Origin: a virus
Taxonomy: Duplodnaviria > Heunggongvirae > Uroviricota > Caudoviricetes
DNA: 64,000 nucleotides
Direction: 5' to 3' (one strand)
IMG/VR virus record: IMGVR_UViG_3300035521_000566
The notes under the pieces were generated by a model. It was not told the origin of the DNA. It searched no databases and worked only from the letters and a program-made list of their open reading frames with translations. Each line of letters begins with the position of its first letter. Positions within the stretch are counted from its first letter, which is position 1. The position numbers and the translations under genes were made by a program. Positions 29,680-38,431 of the stretch are shown here, in pieces.

Positions 29680-30609
29680 ATGTTTGACCCTTACGAACAC
29701 TTTTCGGCTTTTTACACAAACCCGTTAATTCAATCAATTAAAGACAGAGCAAAATGGACTATATCGGATAAAGATAAAATGCCTATCGACATGTATGCCC
29801 TAATGGTCGAACACCGTATCAGCGGTGCACTGTCTACCGATGAAAACAGTCTGGTGTCACTGGATAAATTATGCCAGTATATGCCTACTGCTGCCAACAA
29901 CGCATACTATCTTGATGCATTGATTGACGGATTTGTTGTATTGGACATTGAGCCAAAATGTCCAGACGATATTAAGTCCGAACTATTGAGACTACCATAT
30001 GAATATGGTGAAGTATCAATGTCTGGAAAAGGCTATCATCTGTTGTTTAAAATGCCAGATTGCATTTCTGAATATCCTGCAGCACAGAAAAAGATTGTGC
30101 TAAAAGAAGAACATGGATATTATGAAATTCTTATGAACCATTATGTCACATTCACACGTAATGCTATTCCGCTAAGTGAGAATGCTGATGCAAAAGGCTT
30201 TGAGAAAATTTTCAGAGAACTGGCTTCTGTACAGACAGAATCGGCAAAAGGCGAGGCGTTTGATGTCACGGTCGAACCACCTGACGATATTCCGTTCGAA
30301 GACTTAATAGTATCAACACTTATGAAGCAAAATTACCGTAAAACCATTGAGGATTTTGATAACGATAACTCACTCTATGAGTACGCATTTATCGGATTTT
30401 TGCACTATAAATTAAAGCTAATTCTCAATGTTTCCCGTATTAAGGCTACAGGACACGAGTATACCGACAATGAAAAAGCATGGATAATTTACAAGGTAGC
30501 TCAGGAAGTAATCCCATATCGAAGCAAGCACGAAGAAACACGCTGCCAGCTTCCGTGGTTACTATTCCTTGCAAAATCATCCATCGAAAAAGATATTTAC
30601 AAGTCTTAA
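29680..30609 (+). CDS. Primase-polymerase-like (AEP/Prim-Pol) protein
   Basis: hhhDhE motif (FVVLDIE) followed by EVSMSGKGYH (SxSGxGxH). Confidence 0.7.
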   Translation: MFDPYEHFSAFYTNPLIQSIKDRAKWTISDKDKMPIDMYALMVEHRISGALSTDENSLVSLDKLCQYMPTAANNAYYLDALIDGFVVLDIEPKCPDDIKSELLRLPYEYGEVSMSGKGYHLLFKMPDCISEYPAAQKKIVLKEEHGYYEILMNHYVTFTRNAIPLSENADAKGFEKIFRELASVQTESAKGEAFDVTVEPPDDIPFEDLIVSTLMKQNYRKTIEDFDNDNSLYEYAFIGFLHYKLKLILNVSRIKATGHEYTDNEKAWIIYKVAQEVIPYRSKHEETRCQLPWLLFLAKSSIEKDIYKS

Positions 30610-30653
30610 TACATGTTTAGTCACTACCAATGGACTAGAAAGGACCAAATATT

Positions 30654-31301
30654 ATGAACAAGCTATTTGGAGAAATGAATGTACACAGTATTATGCACAA
30701 TGGAGCCATTATTGCTGTAGCACTTATTGTGGCTATTATTATAATTACTGTTGTAGCAACCATCTTGGTCAAGAAAGGTATGATGCCCAACAAGCTTAAA
30801 ATTGCAGCAAAGATTGTAATGATTATATGTGCAATCGTTGCAATCACAACCTGCATTGTGACAGGCATTACCATCATAAAATATAATGAAGCAGTAAAGC
30901 ACGGAGCCTACACCGACGATATGACTGTCTCAGCTATGTATGAAGGAATACGCTACTCTCCTATTGAGGATGAACTGCCCGAAAACTTGACTGGATATAT
31001 TGTAATTTATTACCGATTTGACTGTCCTGACTGTCATGCCGTCTACGACGAATTGTCAGAGCAGGTAAAAGACAATGATAAAGTGTGCTGGATTTCCAGC
31101 CGTTCAACACAGGGAAAAGCACTGTTAGCCAGTTATCCTGTTGATGAAGTTCCTTCAGGTATTTATTTCAGAGAATATACGTACGGCGGTGCTCTGACAT
31201 ATACCAAAAAGAGACTATATACAACTGATGATGACGGCAATACAATATTGTCTAGCAACGGTATTAACAGATTGTTAGAGCTGCAGAGCTCTGCAAAGTA
31301 A
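30654..31301 (+). CDS. Membrane-anchored thioredoxin-fold protein
   Basis: Two N-terminal TM helices; YYRFDCPDCH CxxC. Confidence 0.75.
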   Translation: MNKLFGEMNVHSIMHNGAIIAVALIVAIIIITVVATILVKKGMMPNKLKIAAKIVMIICAIVAITTCIVTGITIIKYNEAVKHGAYTDDMTVSAMYEGIRYSPIEDELPENLTGYIVIYYRFDCPDCHAVYDELSEQVKDNDKVCWISSRSTQGKALLASYPVDEVPSGIYFREYTYGGALTYTKKRLYTTDDDGNTILSSNGINRLLELQSSAK

Positions 31302-31318
31302 CAAAGGAGTTCTATTAC

Positions 31319-31603
31319 ATGAAAAATGTAAATCACCATTCGATAAGACAGTGCATTGTAAAATCAAATGAAGAATTTGAACGTGACGTTAAAGCCGCAT
31401 TTGGTGACAATGCATATGTTATCTATGCTGACGCTGGTATTATGATTTATCGTGCAAACGACACAGAGACTACAGAAGATGATGAATGCCTTATGTTTGA
31501 TTATATAAGAGACATTCTCAGCGTTTACTACGATTGCTACATTACAAGCATTCACATGGATTTAACGAACTGTATTACTGTATGGTTAGCGTACCATCGT
31601 TAA
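31319..31603 (+). CDS. Hypothetical protein
   Basis: 94-aa ORF, RBS AAGGAG. Confidence 0.65.
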   Translation: MKNVNHHSIRQCIVKSNEEFERDVKAAFGDNAYVIYADAGIMIYRANDTETTEDDECLMFDYIRDILSVYYDCYITSIHMDLTNCITVWLAYHR

Positions 31604-31626
31604 TAACTTGAAAGGACAAAATAACT

Positions 31627-32448
31627 ATGAAATACTTAATCATTGGACGTTCAGGCACTGGTAAGGACACTCTTGCCAGAATGCTTGCCGACCGTGGTCT
31701 CAAGATTTTGAAATCATATTCAACAAGAGAACCACGATACAAAGGCGAAGATACTCACATCTTCATAAGCAAGGAAGACGCTGCAAAAATTACTGATAAG
31801 ATAGCTACCACTACTATCAATAACAACGAGTATTTTGCAACCAGAAAGCAGCTTGATGAGTGTGACGTGTATATCATCGACCCTAACGGATTTGACGAAT
31901 TAACAGCAAACTGTCCAGATATTAGCTTCCATGCTATTTATATGGCAACAAATAAAGACATTGCTAAAGAACGTGCCGCACATCGCAGCAAAGACGCTGA
32001 AAAAGAATCTGCTATTTATGATTCACGATATGAATCAGAGAATGAGCAGTTTACCAACTTCGAAGAGCGTCTTAAAGACAAAACAAAGCCCCTTGCTGAA
32101 AACTGTTGTGCAGTGCACTACTACACTAACGAAGGCAGCAAAGAGCAGATTGATAACTTTGCTGGATATTTGTTCGGTTTACTTCAGGAGTTCAAGAATC
32201 TGCTCTACATCACAGAACAGAGCGTAAATCTCGGCATCTTGAACCAATCTGAAATCGGACATGTTGATGTGTCCTACATCGCAGAAGATAACAATGTAGA
32301 AACAAAAAGCAAACCTTACGAGCTTTTCGTAGATTTGCTTCTTGCTGAAAATGAAGGGTATCAGCGTTTAATTCACTCTTACCTCGCTTCAGTTCCTATT
32401 TATGATGATATTGAGCCTATAAACTCAGGAGCCATAAATAATGTGTAA
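31627..32448 (+). CDS. Guanylate kinase-like P-loop kinase with C-terminal extension
   Basis: GRSGTGKD, SYSTREPR, HIFIS, NEYFAT, VYIIDPNG. Confidence 0.8.
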   Translation: MKYLIIGRSGTGKDTLARMLADRGLKILKSYSTREPRYKGEDTHIFISKEDAAKITDKIATTTINNNEYFATRKQLDECDVYIIDPNGFDELTANCPDISFHAIYMATNKDIAKERAAHRSKDAEKESAIYDSRYESENEQFTNFEERLKDKTKPLAENCCAVHYYTNEGSKEQIDNFAGYLFGLLQEFKNLLYITEQSVNLGILNQSEIGHVDVSYIAEDNNVETKSKPYELFVDLLLAENEGYQRLIHSYLASVPIYDDIEPINSGAINNV

Positions 32449-33048
32449 TGCATTGGTATAAATATTATTCAATGCAAACCAAATACACATTGCAACAGTT
32501 AGTGTTATGATTATACCTAATAGCACATACTCTCCTGCTTTACCTGTATGGTATAGTTTGAGTATGTGCTTTTCTTTAACCTTTGCATTTGAACCAAATG
32601 ATTTATATTTCTCAAATGGATAAAACCAACAGCATCCTGCTGCTGAGAGACTATCCCAGAATAGATGTAGTGTATATCCAAAGCCGAGAAACATTAAAGG
32701 TCGAAAGAAAATCGAACCTACTGCTATTGCTATCACAACCCATATTGTATGTGTCCACGTTCGATGCTCAATAGGTAAGTGAAAATGCAACAATTTACTG
32801 ATAATAGACTTCGGTGAGTCTATATCAGGTAACAATGTACCGATTAAAAATAGAATAACGGCTGCTGCCAACCATAAGACACCATTCATATTTGAGTGGT
32901 TGCCAACACATTCATTTAATGCATATCGTGCTTCACTATTGATAGACGATGCATGCCAACCGCTGTATGTATATCCAGCATATACGAGAACATTTGTAAT
33001 AACGACTGCACAACTAATGTTTGTTGCCAAATGACTCTTTCCTGTCAT
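32425..33048 (-). CDS. Membrane metal-dependent hydrolase (YdjM-like)
   Basis: MTGKSH, GTLLPDID, HRTWTH, HLFWD. Confidence 0.85.
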   Translation of the reverse strand: MTGKSHLATNISCAVVITNVLVYAGYTYSGWHASSINSEARYALNECVGNHSNMNGVLWLAAAVILFLIGTLLPDIDSPKSIISKLLHFHLPIEHRTWTHTIWVVIAIAVGSIFFRPLMFLGFGYTLHLFWDSLSAAGCCWFYPFEKYKSFGSNAKVKEKHILKLYHTGKAGEYVLLGIIITLTVAMCIWFALNNIYTNALHIIYGS

Positions 33049-33252
33049 ACTTTTTCATTCCTTTCTTATTAAATTTTTTTTTGGTTGAGTTTTATAGTGA
33101 TTTAATACTAAGATTATATCATACAAATACTGATATATCAATAGATTCAACATTTGTTCTCTTGCTCTATGTTGCCATTGTTTCCAACAATGTAAAACAC
33201 TTTTTGCGACAAATAGTCAAGAATGGTAATCTTTGAGAAAGGAGATAATGTC

Positions 33253-33459
33253 ATGTTTATAAATGTTAATGCATTCTTTGAAGAGTCGCCATCTGCAATG
33301 GCAAATGAAATGCTTTCAGGTGATGAAGCTGAAGAAATTATATCACCATCAAATAACAAATTTACAAATATTAAAGGTTCCAAAAATATAAAAAGCGAAG
33401 AGCTGGAGCCTGTTATAATTCAACAGAAAAGGAGTAAAACACATGGTATTCAAATTTAA
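33253..33459 (+). CDS. Small hypothetical protein
   Basis: ATG 33253 behind AAGGAG; overlaps the next start. Confidence 0.4.
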   Translation: MFINVNAFFEESPSAMANEMLSGDEAEEIISPSNNKFTNIKGSKNIKSEELEPVIIQQKRSKTHGIQI

Positions 33460-34663
33460 CGACATATTAGATAAGACTGTTAGAAAGGACATTGCTATCG
33501 GTAAAATTCCGATGTTAAACGGAGAAGTTGGTATTGGTAAGTCATCATGGATTGAAGCACTTGCAACACAGCTTCACACACAGTCATTTACGCTTCCATG
33601 TAACCAGTTAGCTGATAAGTCTGACCTTACAGGTGGTAGACTTGTTCCTGACGGAAACAACGGTTACAAGATGGTATTTTATCCTCATCAGGTGATTATG
33701 GATGCTATCCAGTATGCTATTGACCACCCAAGAGAAACTCCGCTCTTATTCTTAGATGAGTTAAACAGAACAACTGCCGATGTTACATCTGCGTGCCTGT
33801 CACTTGCTACTGCAAGAACAATCGGTTCCATCAAGCTGCCTGACAATCTGAAGATTATCTGTGCAGGAAATGATAAAGGTAACATTGTTGCTCTTGATGA
33901 GGCATCTCTTACAAGATTTGCTATTTATTCCGTAACTCCAGATACACAGACATATCTGAATCTTGACCCAGAGCTTAATGTCTTTGTTCGTAACGTACTT
34001 ACAGCTCATCCAGAGACCATTTTCTGTAAGAAGATTCATCTTTCTGCTACAGGCAATGATGTAGATGATGACTCTGACGAGGGCTATGAGGTAGATATGG
34101 ATATGCTCTTGGAGGAAACTGAGATGGCTCAGCTTTCTACTCCTAGAACAATTACAGGTATTTCAAACTGGTTGAATACTTGCACCAATCAGGAGCTCTT
34201 AGAGTTCATCTCTATGGTTACTGTTGAAAACGGCGAAGAGACAAATGCCCTTGCAGGTATTGTTGAAGCTCATTGTGGTAAGACTACATTCTCTGCTCTC
34301 TTAATGCAGGAAATTGCAAATGGTATCGCAAATACAAACAATCAGGCAAATGTTGTTACTGTTCCAAAGCCAAACTGCTATGATGATTTCAAAGCGTGCA
34401 GCACTGTAGCTGACCTAGAAGATTTCGTAACAGATATGAATGATACCGATAAGTCAGGCTGCTTACTTTATGCATTGTTTGAGACCGTAGACAACAGCAT
34501 TTACATTCAGGCTCTTGCACCTAAGATGACAAAGCTTGAAGCTGGCGATATGAAGACCCTTATGGGACTCTATTCTAACGACAAGTTAGATTCAGAGAAT
34601 CTTCACAGCTTGCTTAACGGCACATCAAGCATTGCAACTACTCTGAACATGGTAATGGGCTAA
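33443..34663 (+). CDS. MoxR/dynein-related AAA+ ATPase
   Basis: GEVGIGKSS Walker A, LFLDELNR Walker B, ICAGN sensor. Confidence 0.88.
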   Translation: MVFKFNDILDKTVRKDIAIGKIPMLNGEVGIGKSSWIEALATQLHTQSFTLPCNQLADKSDLTGGRLVPDGNNGYKMVFYPHQVIMDAIQYAIDHPRETPLLFLDELNRTTADVTSACLSLATARTIGSIKLPDNLKIICAGNDKGNIVALDEASLTRFAIYSVTPDTQTYLNLDPELNVFVRNVLTAHPETIFCKKIHLSATGNDVDDDSDEGYEVDMDMLLEETEMAQLSTPRTITGISNWLNTCTNQELLEFISMVTVENGEETNALAGIVEAHCGKTTFSALLMQEIANGIANTNNQANVVTVPKPNCYDDFKACSTVADLEDFVTDMNDTDKSGCLLYALFETVDNSIYIQALAPKMTKLEAGDMKTLMGLYSNDKLDSENLHSLLNGTSSIATTLNMVMG

Positions 34664-34705
34664 GGCTCATTGCCGTGTCCATAACACCATGAAAGGAGAC
34701 AAAGT

Positions 34706-36367
34706 ATGGCTATTACTGCTACAAACAATAAACCAGCGGTCTTATCGCCAGTGTACTCAGCAAAGCTGACAGGCAACTACGACCCTACTGAATTTATAAA
34801 AGAAACTATCGTTGACCCTTTGTATGCTCCACTCGTGGCAAATACGCAGGTAAGCATTCAGGCTAACGGTAAGAAAGTAACACAAAATGACATCATAGAC
34901 ATGATACTCAACGCATGTGGTGATACAATTAACCTCACAGCTGAAGATGCTCTGAAAGAATTGTATCATTCTACGCTTGTCTATTATGATAAAGCAAAGC
35001 AGATGGGCGTAAATGACCTGTTTGCAGTACAGGCAGGTGCATCACAGAAGTTGCCTATGCCATCTCCTACTGTCATTTATACGCCAGCTGCTGATGTTAT
35101 TCCAACAGCAAGAGAATTGCTTGGTGGTCAGTGTGACCCAGAAAAGTTCTTTGCTTCATTAGCATTCTTTGCAAGACCTAATATGTTAGGTTTCTACTTT
35201 GCAAATGAAGCTGCATTTGACGCATTTAAGACCTGGTTCGACACTATGTGCCAGCCTTTACAGTCAGCAGGCTTAACAACTGGTGACACAAATCAGATAC
35301 TTGCTGATTTCCAGAATGTTAAGCTCAACAACCTGACCGAGTCATTTGCACTTCGTACAGACGACGGTGACAATAATGAAGAATACAGTTTCGCTCGTAT
35401 CTTTGTTGCTATGCTGATGGAATATACAAAGCAGGTGTCAAACGCCGAATTTGGCTGCTTGCCATTTACTCTTATGGAGCTTTACTGTCCAAGAAATATT
35501 GTCCTTGTAAATGTGGAAAGACACTCTCGTGCTTCGGCAAAAATGGTTCGTGATGAGTGGGAAATGATTAGCAATTCAATGAATATGAAAATTAACATGA
35601 TAAGCACAAACAGACTTTCACGTCTCACCGCTGTCCCAAGAGCGTTAAAGAAAATCGCAGGTACCGCTGTTACAGCAGGTGCTATCAGTTCAGGAACTCA
35701 GAGAGCACAGAGAATGAAGTTCTCTAAGACACGTCCTAAGACAGTTGACCTTACCAGAGTTATCAAGAAAGTCATTGATAAGATGGCGTGGGTTGCTAAG
35801 TCAGAGAATGTATACCGTTCCACTAAGAACACATTCCAGAAAGCAAATCGTCGTGACCCTGACGATTATAATAAAATGGGCAGAATCACGAAGGTTCAGT
35901 ACAAGCCAGACATTCATCTCTATATAGATACATCAGGTTCTGTATCAGAGGAGAATTATCAGGACGCAGTAAAGGCTTGTATTAACATGGCTAAGAAGTT
36001 AAATGTAAATTTATACTTCAACTCATTCAGTAATGTGTTGTCTAGCTGCACAAAGCTCAACTGTAAGGATAAGTCAGTAAAAGAGATTTATGTTGAGTTT
36101 CAGAAAGTACCTAAGGTTACAGGTGGTACCGACTATACGAATGTTTGGAACTATATCAATGCATCTAAGAAGCGTAAGAAAGAAATTTCTGTTCTTATGA
36201 CTGACTTTGAGTTCTGGGCACCTAGTCGTTACATCAAACATCCACGTAACCTGTACTACATTCCTCTTTCAGGCATGGACTGGAATTGTATGGTTCGTTC
36301 TGCAGAAAGCTTTTGTGACAGTATGATGCATAATGACCCAGATATAAGAAAGCACTTATTATTTTAA
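34706..36367 (+). CDS. VWA-domain protein (partner of the MoxR-type ATPase)
   Basis: C-terminal YIDTSGS MIDAS, GGTD and LMTDFE. Confidence 0.85.
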   Translation: MAITATNNKPAVLSPVYSAKLTGNYDPTEFIKETIVDPLYAPLVANTQVSIQANGKKVTQNDIIDMILNACGDTINLTAEDALKELYHSTLVYYDKAKQMGVNDLFAVQAGASQKLPMPSPTVIYTPAADVIPTARELLGGQCDPEKFFASLAFFARPNMLGFYFANEAAFDAFKTWFDTMCQPLQSAGLTTGDTNQILADFQNVKLNNLTESFALRTDDGDNNEEYSFARIFVAMLMEYTKQVSNAEFGCLPFTLMELYCPRNIVLVNVERHSRASAKMVRDEWEMISNSMNMKINMISTNRLSRLTAVPRALKKIAGTAVTAGAISSGTQRAQRMKFSKTRPKTVDLTRVIKKVIDKMAWVAKSENVYRSTKNTFQKANRRDPDDYNKMGRITKVQYKPDIHLYIDTSGSVSEENYQDAVKACINMAKKLNVNLYFNSFSNVLSSCTKLNCKDKSVKEIYVEFQKVPKVTGGTDYTNVWNYINASKKRKKEISVLMTDFEFWAPSRYIKHPRNLYYIPLSGMDWNCMVRSAESFCDSMMHNDPDIRKHLLF

Positions 36368-36373
36368 AAGTGC

Positions 36374-36470
36374 TTGTACAAAGTGGAGCCCACTGCTGTG
36401 GGCTAATTTCCACTTTGATGTTACAATAAGCCATATGTCCTTTAGGGTAAAATGCGTTGTATGGCTGATT
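36374..36470 (+). other. Two intergenic hairpins before the Clp ATPase gene
   Basis: CAAAGTGGA-GCCCAC-tgct-GTGGGC-TCCACTTTG and AGCCATAT...GTATGGCT. Confidence 0.5.
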
Positions 36471-36496
36471 AAACTTACAAAATAAGGAGATTTAAT

Positions 36497-38323
36497 ATGG
36501 GATTGAATAATTTTACAAATCCTAACAGCACCAACAACGGAGGAAACAACAAGAATCCTTTAAACGGTGTAAGCAGTCATGCAGGTAACGGTGCTAATAA
36601 TAATGCATCGGATTATGACGCAATGGACTTTCTGATTGATTACAACAAAAAGTTTCAGACTGCAGGTAAGACAATGTTCAGAGATGAAATTGTAGAACAA
36701 ACTTTAGCTGTCCTAATTGGAAAAAATAAGCCGAATGCTTTGCTTATCGGTTCAGCTGGAGTTGGTAAGACCAAAATTGTTGAAGACCTTGCTTTTCGTT
36801 TAGCAACAAACGATGGTATTGTGCCTGACACATTAAAAGGCTTCACAATTTATGAGCTTCCATTGTCTAACATCGTATCAGGTAGTTCCTTTGTTGGTCA
36901 GTTAGAAGAAAAGCTAAAATCAGTAATTGATTTTGCAGAGGATAAGAAGAACAAAGCTATTTTGTTCATTGATGAAATCCATATGATTGTATCTGACAAT
37001 CAGATTTACAGCAAGATGGCAGAAATCTTAAAGCCTGCTCTTGCCAGAGGAGAGATGCGTGTAATCGGAGCCACTACTTTGCAGGAAAGTCAGGACTTAA
37101 TCGACAATCCAGCTTTCAACCGAAGATTTTCAAGATTGATTGTGGATGAGCTGTCTCGTGAGCAGACTGTTGAAATTCTGAAAAGTATGAAAGGCTCATT
37201 CTTTACACATTACGGCAATAAGATTACAATTGATGATGCAATGCTTGAGACTGTTGCTGTCCTAGCAGATGAGTTTCACGCAGCAGGCAACCACAGACCT
37301 GATACAGCCATCACATTGCTAGACCGTACTATCGGTGACGCTATTGTTGCTCGTAAAGTAATGGAAGAATCTGCAAAGAATGACCCTGCTTTACTCGCAG
37401 CCATTCAGTCAGTTACACTAATTCCGATTACCGAAAAGCAGTTAAGAACTACTGCTGTTAAGCTGGCTACAGGTAACAACAAAAAGGCAGACCTTGATGT
37501 TGACGCTTTAAAAGCAGACCTTAGCGTAATTAAGGGACAGGACGAGATTATCGACACTCTGGTAGAGCGTATCAGACGTAACGATATGAACTTATTCCCT
37601 AAAGTTAAGCCGCTTACAATACTATTTGCAGGTACTTCAGGTGTTGGCAAGACAGAGGTCACAAAGATAATTGCAAAAGAAATCACAGGTGTTAAGCCTA
37701 TTACCCTTAATATGACAGAGTTCCACTCTCCTGCTTCTATCAATCGAATTATCGGTGCTCCAGCTGGCTATGTAGGTAGTGACAGCAAGGCTGAACTTCC
37801 ATTTGATTGTCTGGAGTCCAATCCTTATCAGGTAATTCTGCTTGATGAGTTTGAGAAGTGTGATAAGTCAGTGCAGAGACTATTTATGTCCGCATTTGAC
37901 GAGGGCTATATTAAGACCAACAAGGGCAAGATTGTAGACTTCTCAAAGGCAATTATTATTGCAACTACTAATGCAGCTCATAAAGACCACAAGAACTCAC
38001 TTGGCTTTACTCAGGGCGAAACCAAATCGTCCAATAAATCCGAAATTAAAGATTTGAGCCAGTGGTTTGATACGGAGCTGTTAAACAGGTTCGACACCAT
38101 CGTAACCTTTAACGAGTTGTCAAAAGACATTTATCGTGAAATCATAGCTGACACATATCATCGTGAAGCTGAACGTATTCTCTCAGAGAATAAGAAAATA
38201 AAGCTTGCACCTGATATGCCAGACGCTGACCTCGATAAAATCGTTGAAGATACTTACATCCCATCCTTTGGTGCAAGACCTGCTGGTAAGGCTGTTCGGC
38301 AGTATATTGAAGACCATGCATAA
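36497..38323 (+). CDS. ClpA/B/C-like Hsp100 ATPase with two AAA modules, lacking N- and M-domains
   Basis: GSAGVGKT, FIDEIH, GATT; GTSGVGKT, IIGAPAGYVG, LLDEFEK; SLGF loop; FGARP. Confidence 0.92.
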   Translation: MGLNNFTNPNSTNNGGNNKNPLNGVSSHAGNGANNNASDYDAMDFLIDYNKKFQTAGKTMFRDEIVEQTLAVLIGKNKPNALLIGSAGVGKTKIVEDLAFRLATNDGIVPDTLKGFTIYELPLSNIVSGSSFVGQLEEKLKSVIDFAEDKKNKAILFIDEIHMIVSDNQIYSKMAEILKPALARGEMRVIGATTLQESQDLIDNPAFNRRFSRLIVDELSREQTVEILKSMKGSFFTHYGNKITIDDAMLETVAVLADEFHAAGNHRPDTAITLLDRTIGDAIVARKVMEESAKNDPALLAAIQSVTLIPITEKQLRTTAVKLATGNNKKADLDVDALKADLSVIKGQDEIIDTLVERIRRNDMNLFPKVKPLTILFAGTSGVGKTEVTKIIAKEITGVKPITLNMTEFHSPASINRIIGAPAGYVGSDSKAELPFDCLESNPYQVILLDEFEKCDKSVQRLFMSAFDEGYIKTNKGKIVDFSKAIIIATTNAAHKDHKNSLGFTQGETKSSNKSEIKDLSQWFDTELLNRFDTIVTFNELSKDIYREIIADTYHREAERILSENKKIKLAPDMPDADLDKIVEDTYIPSFGARPAGKAVRQYIEDHA

Positions 38324-38431
38324 ATATGTTATAGGTGTGCATTGAAAAAAAATGCACGCCTATAGCCTGATACAAATAAATAAATATGCAGACAGTATAT
38401 GCTGTCTACAAATACAAATAAGGAGATAAAT

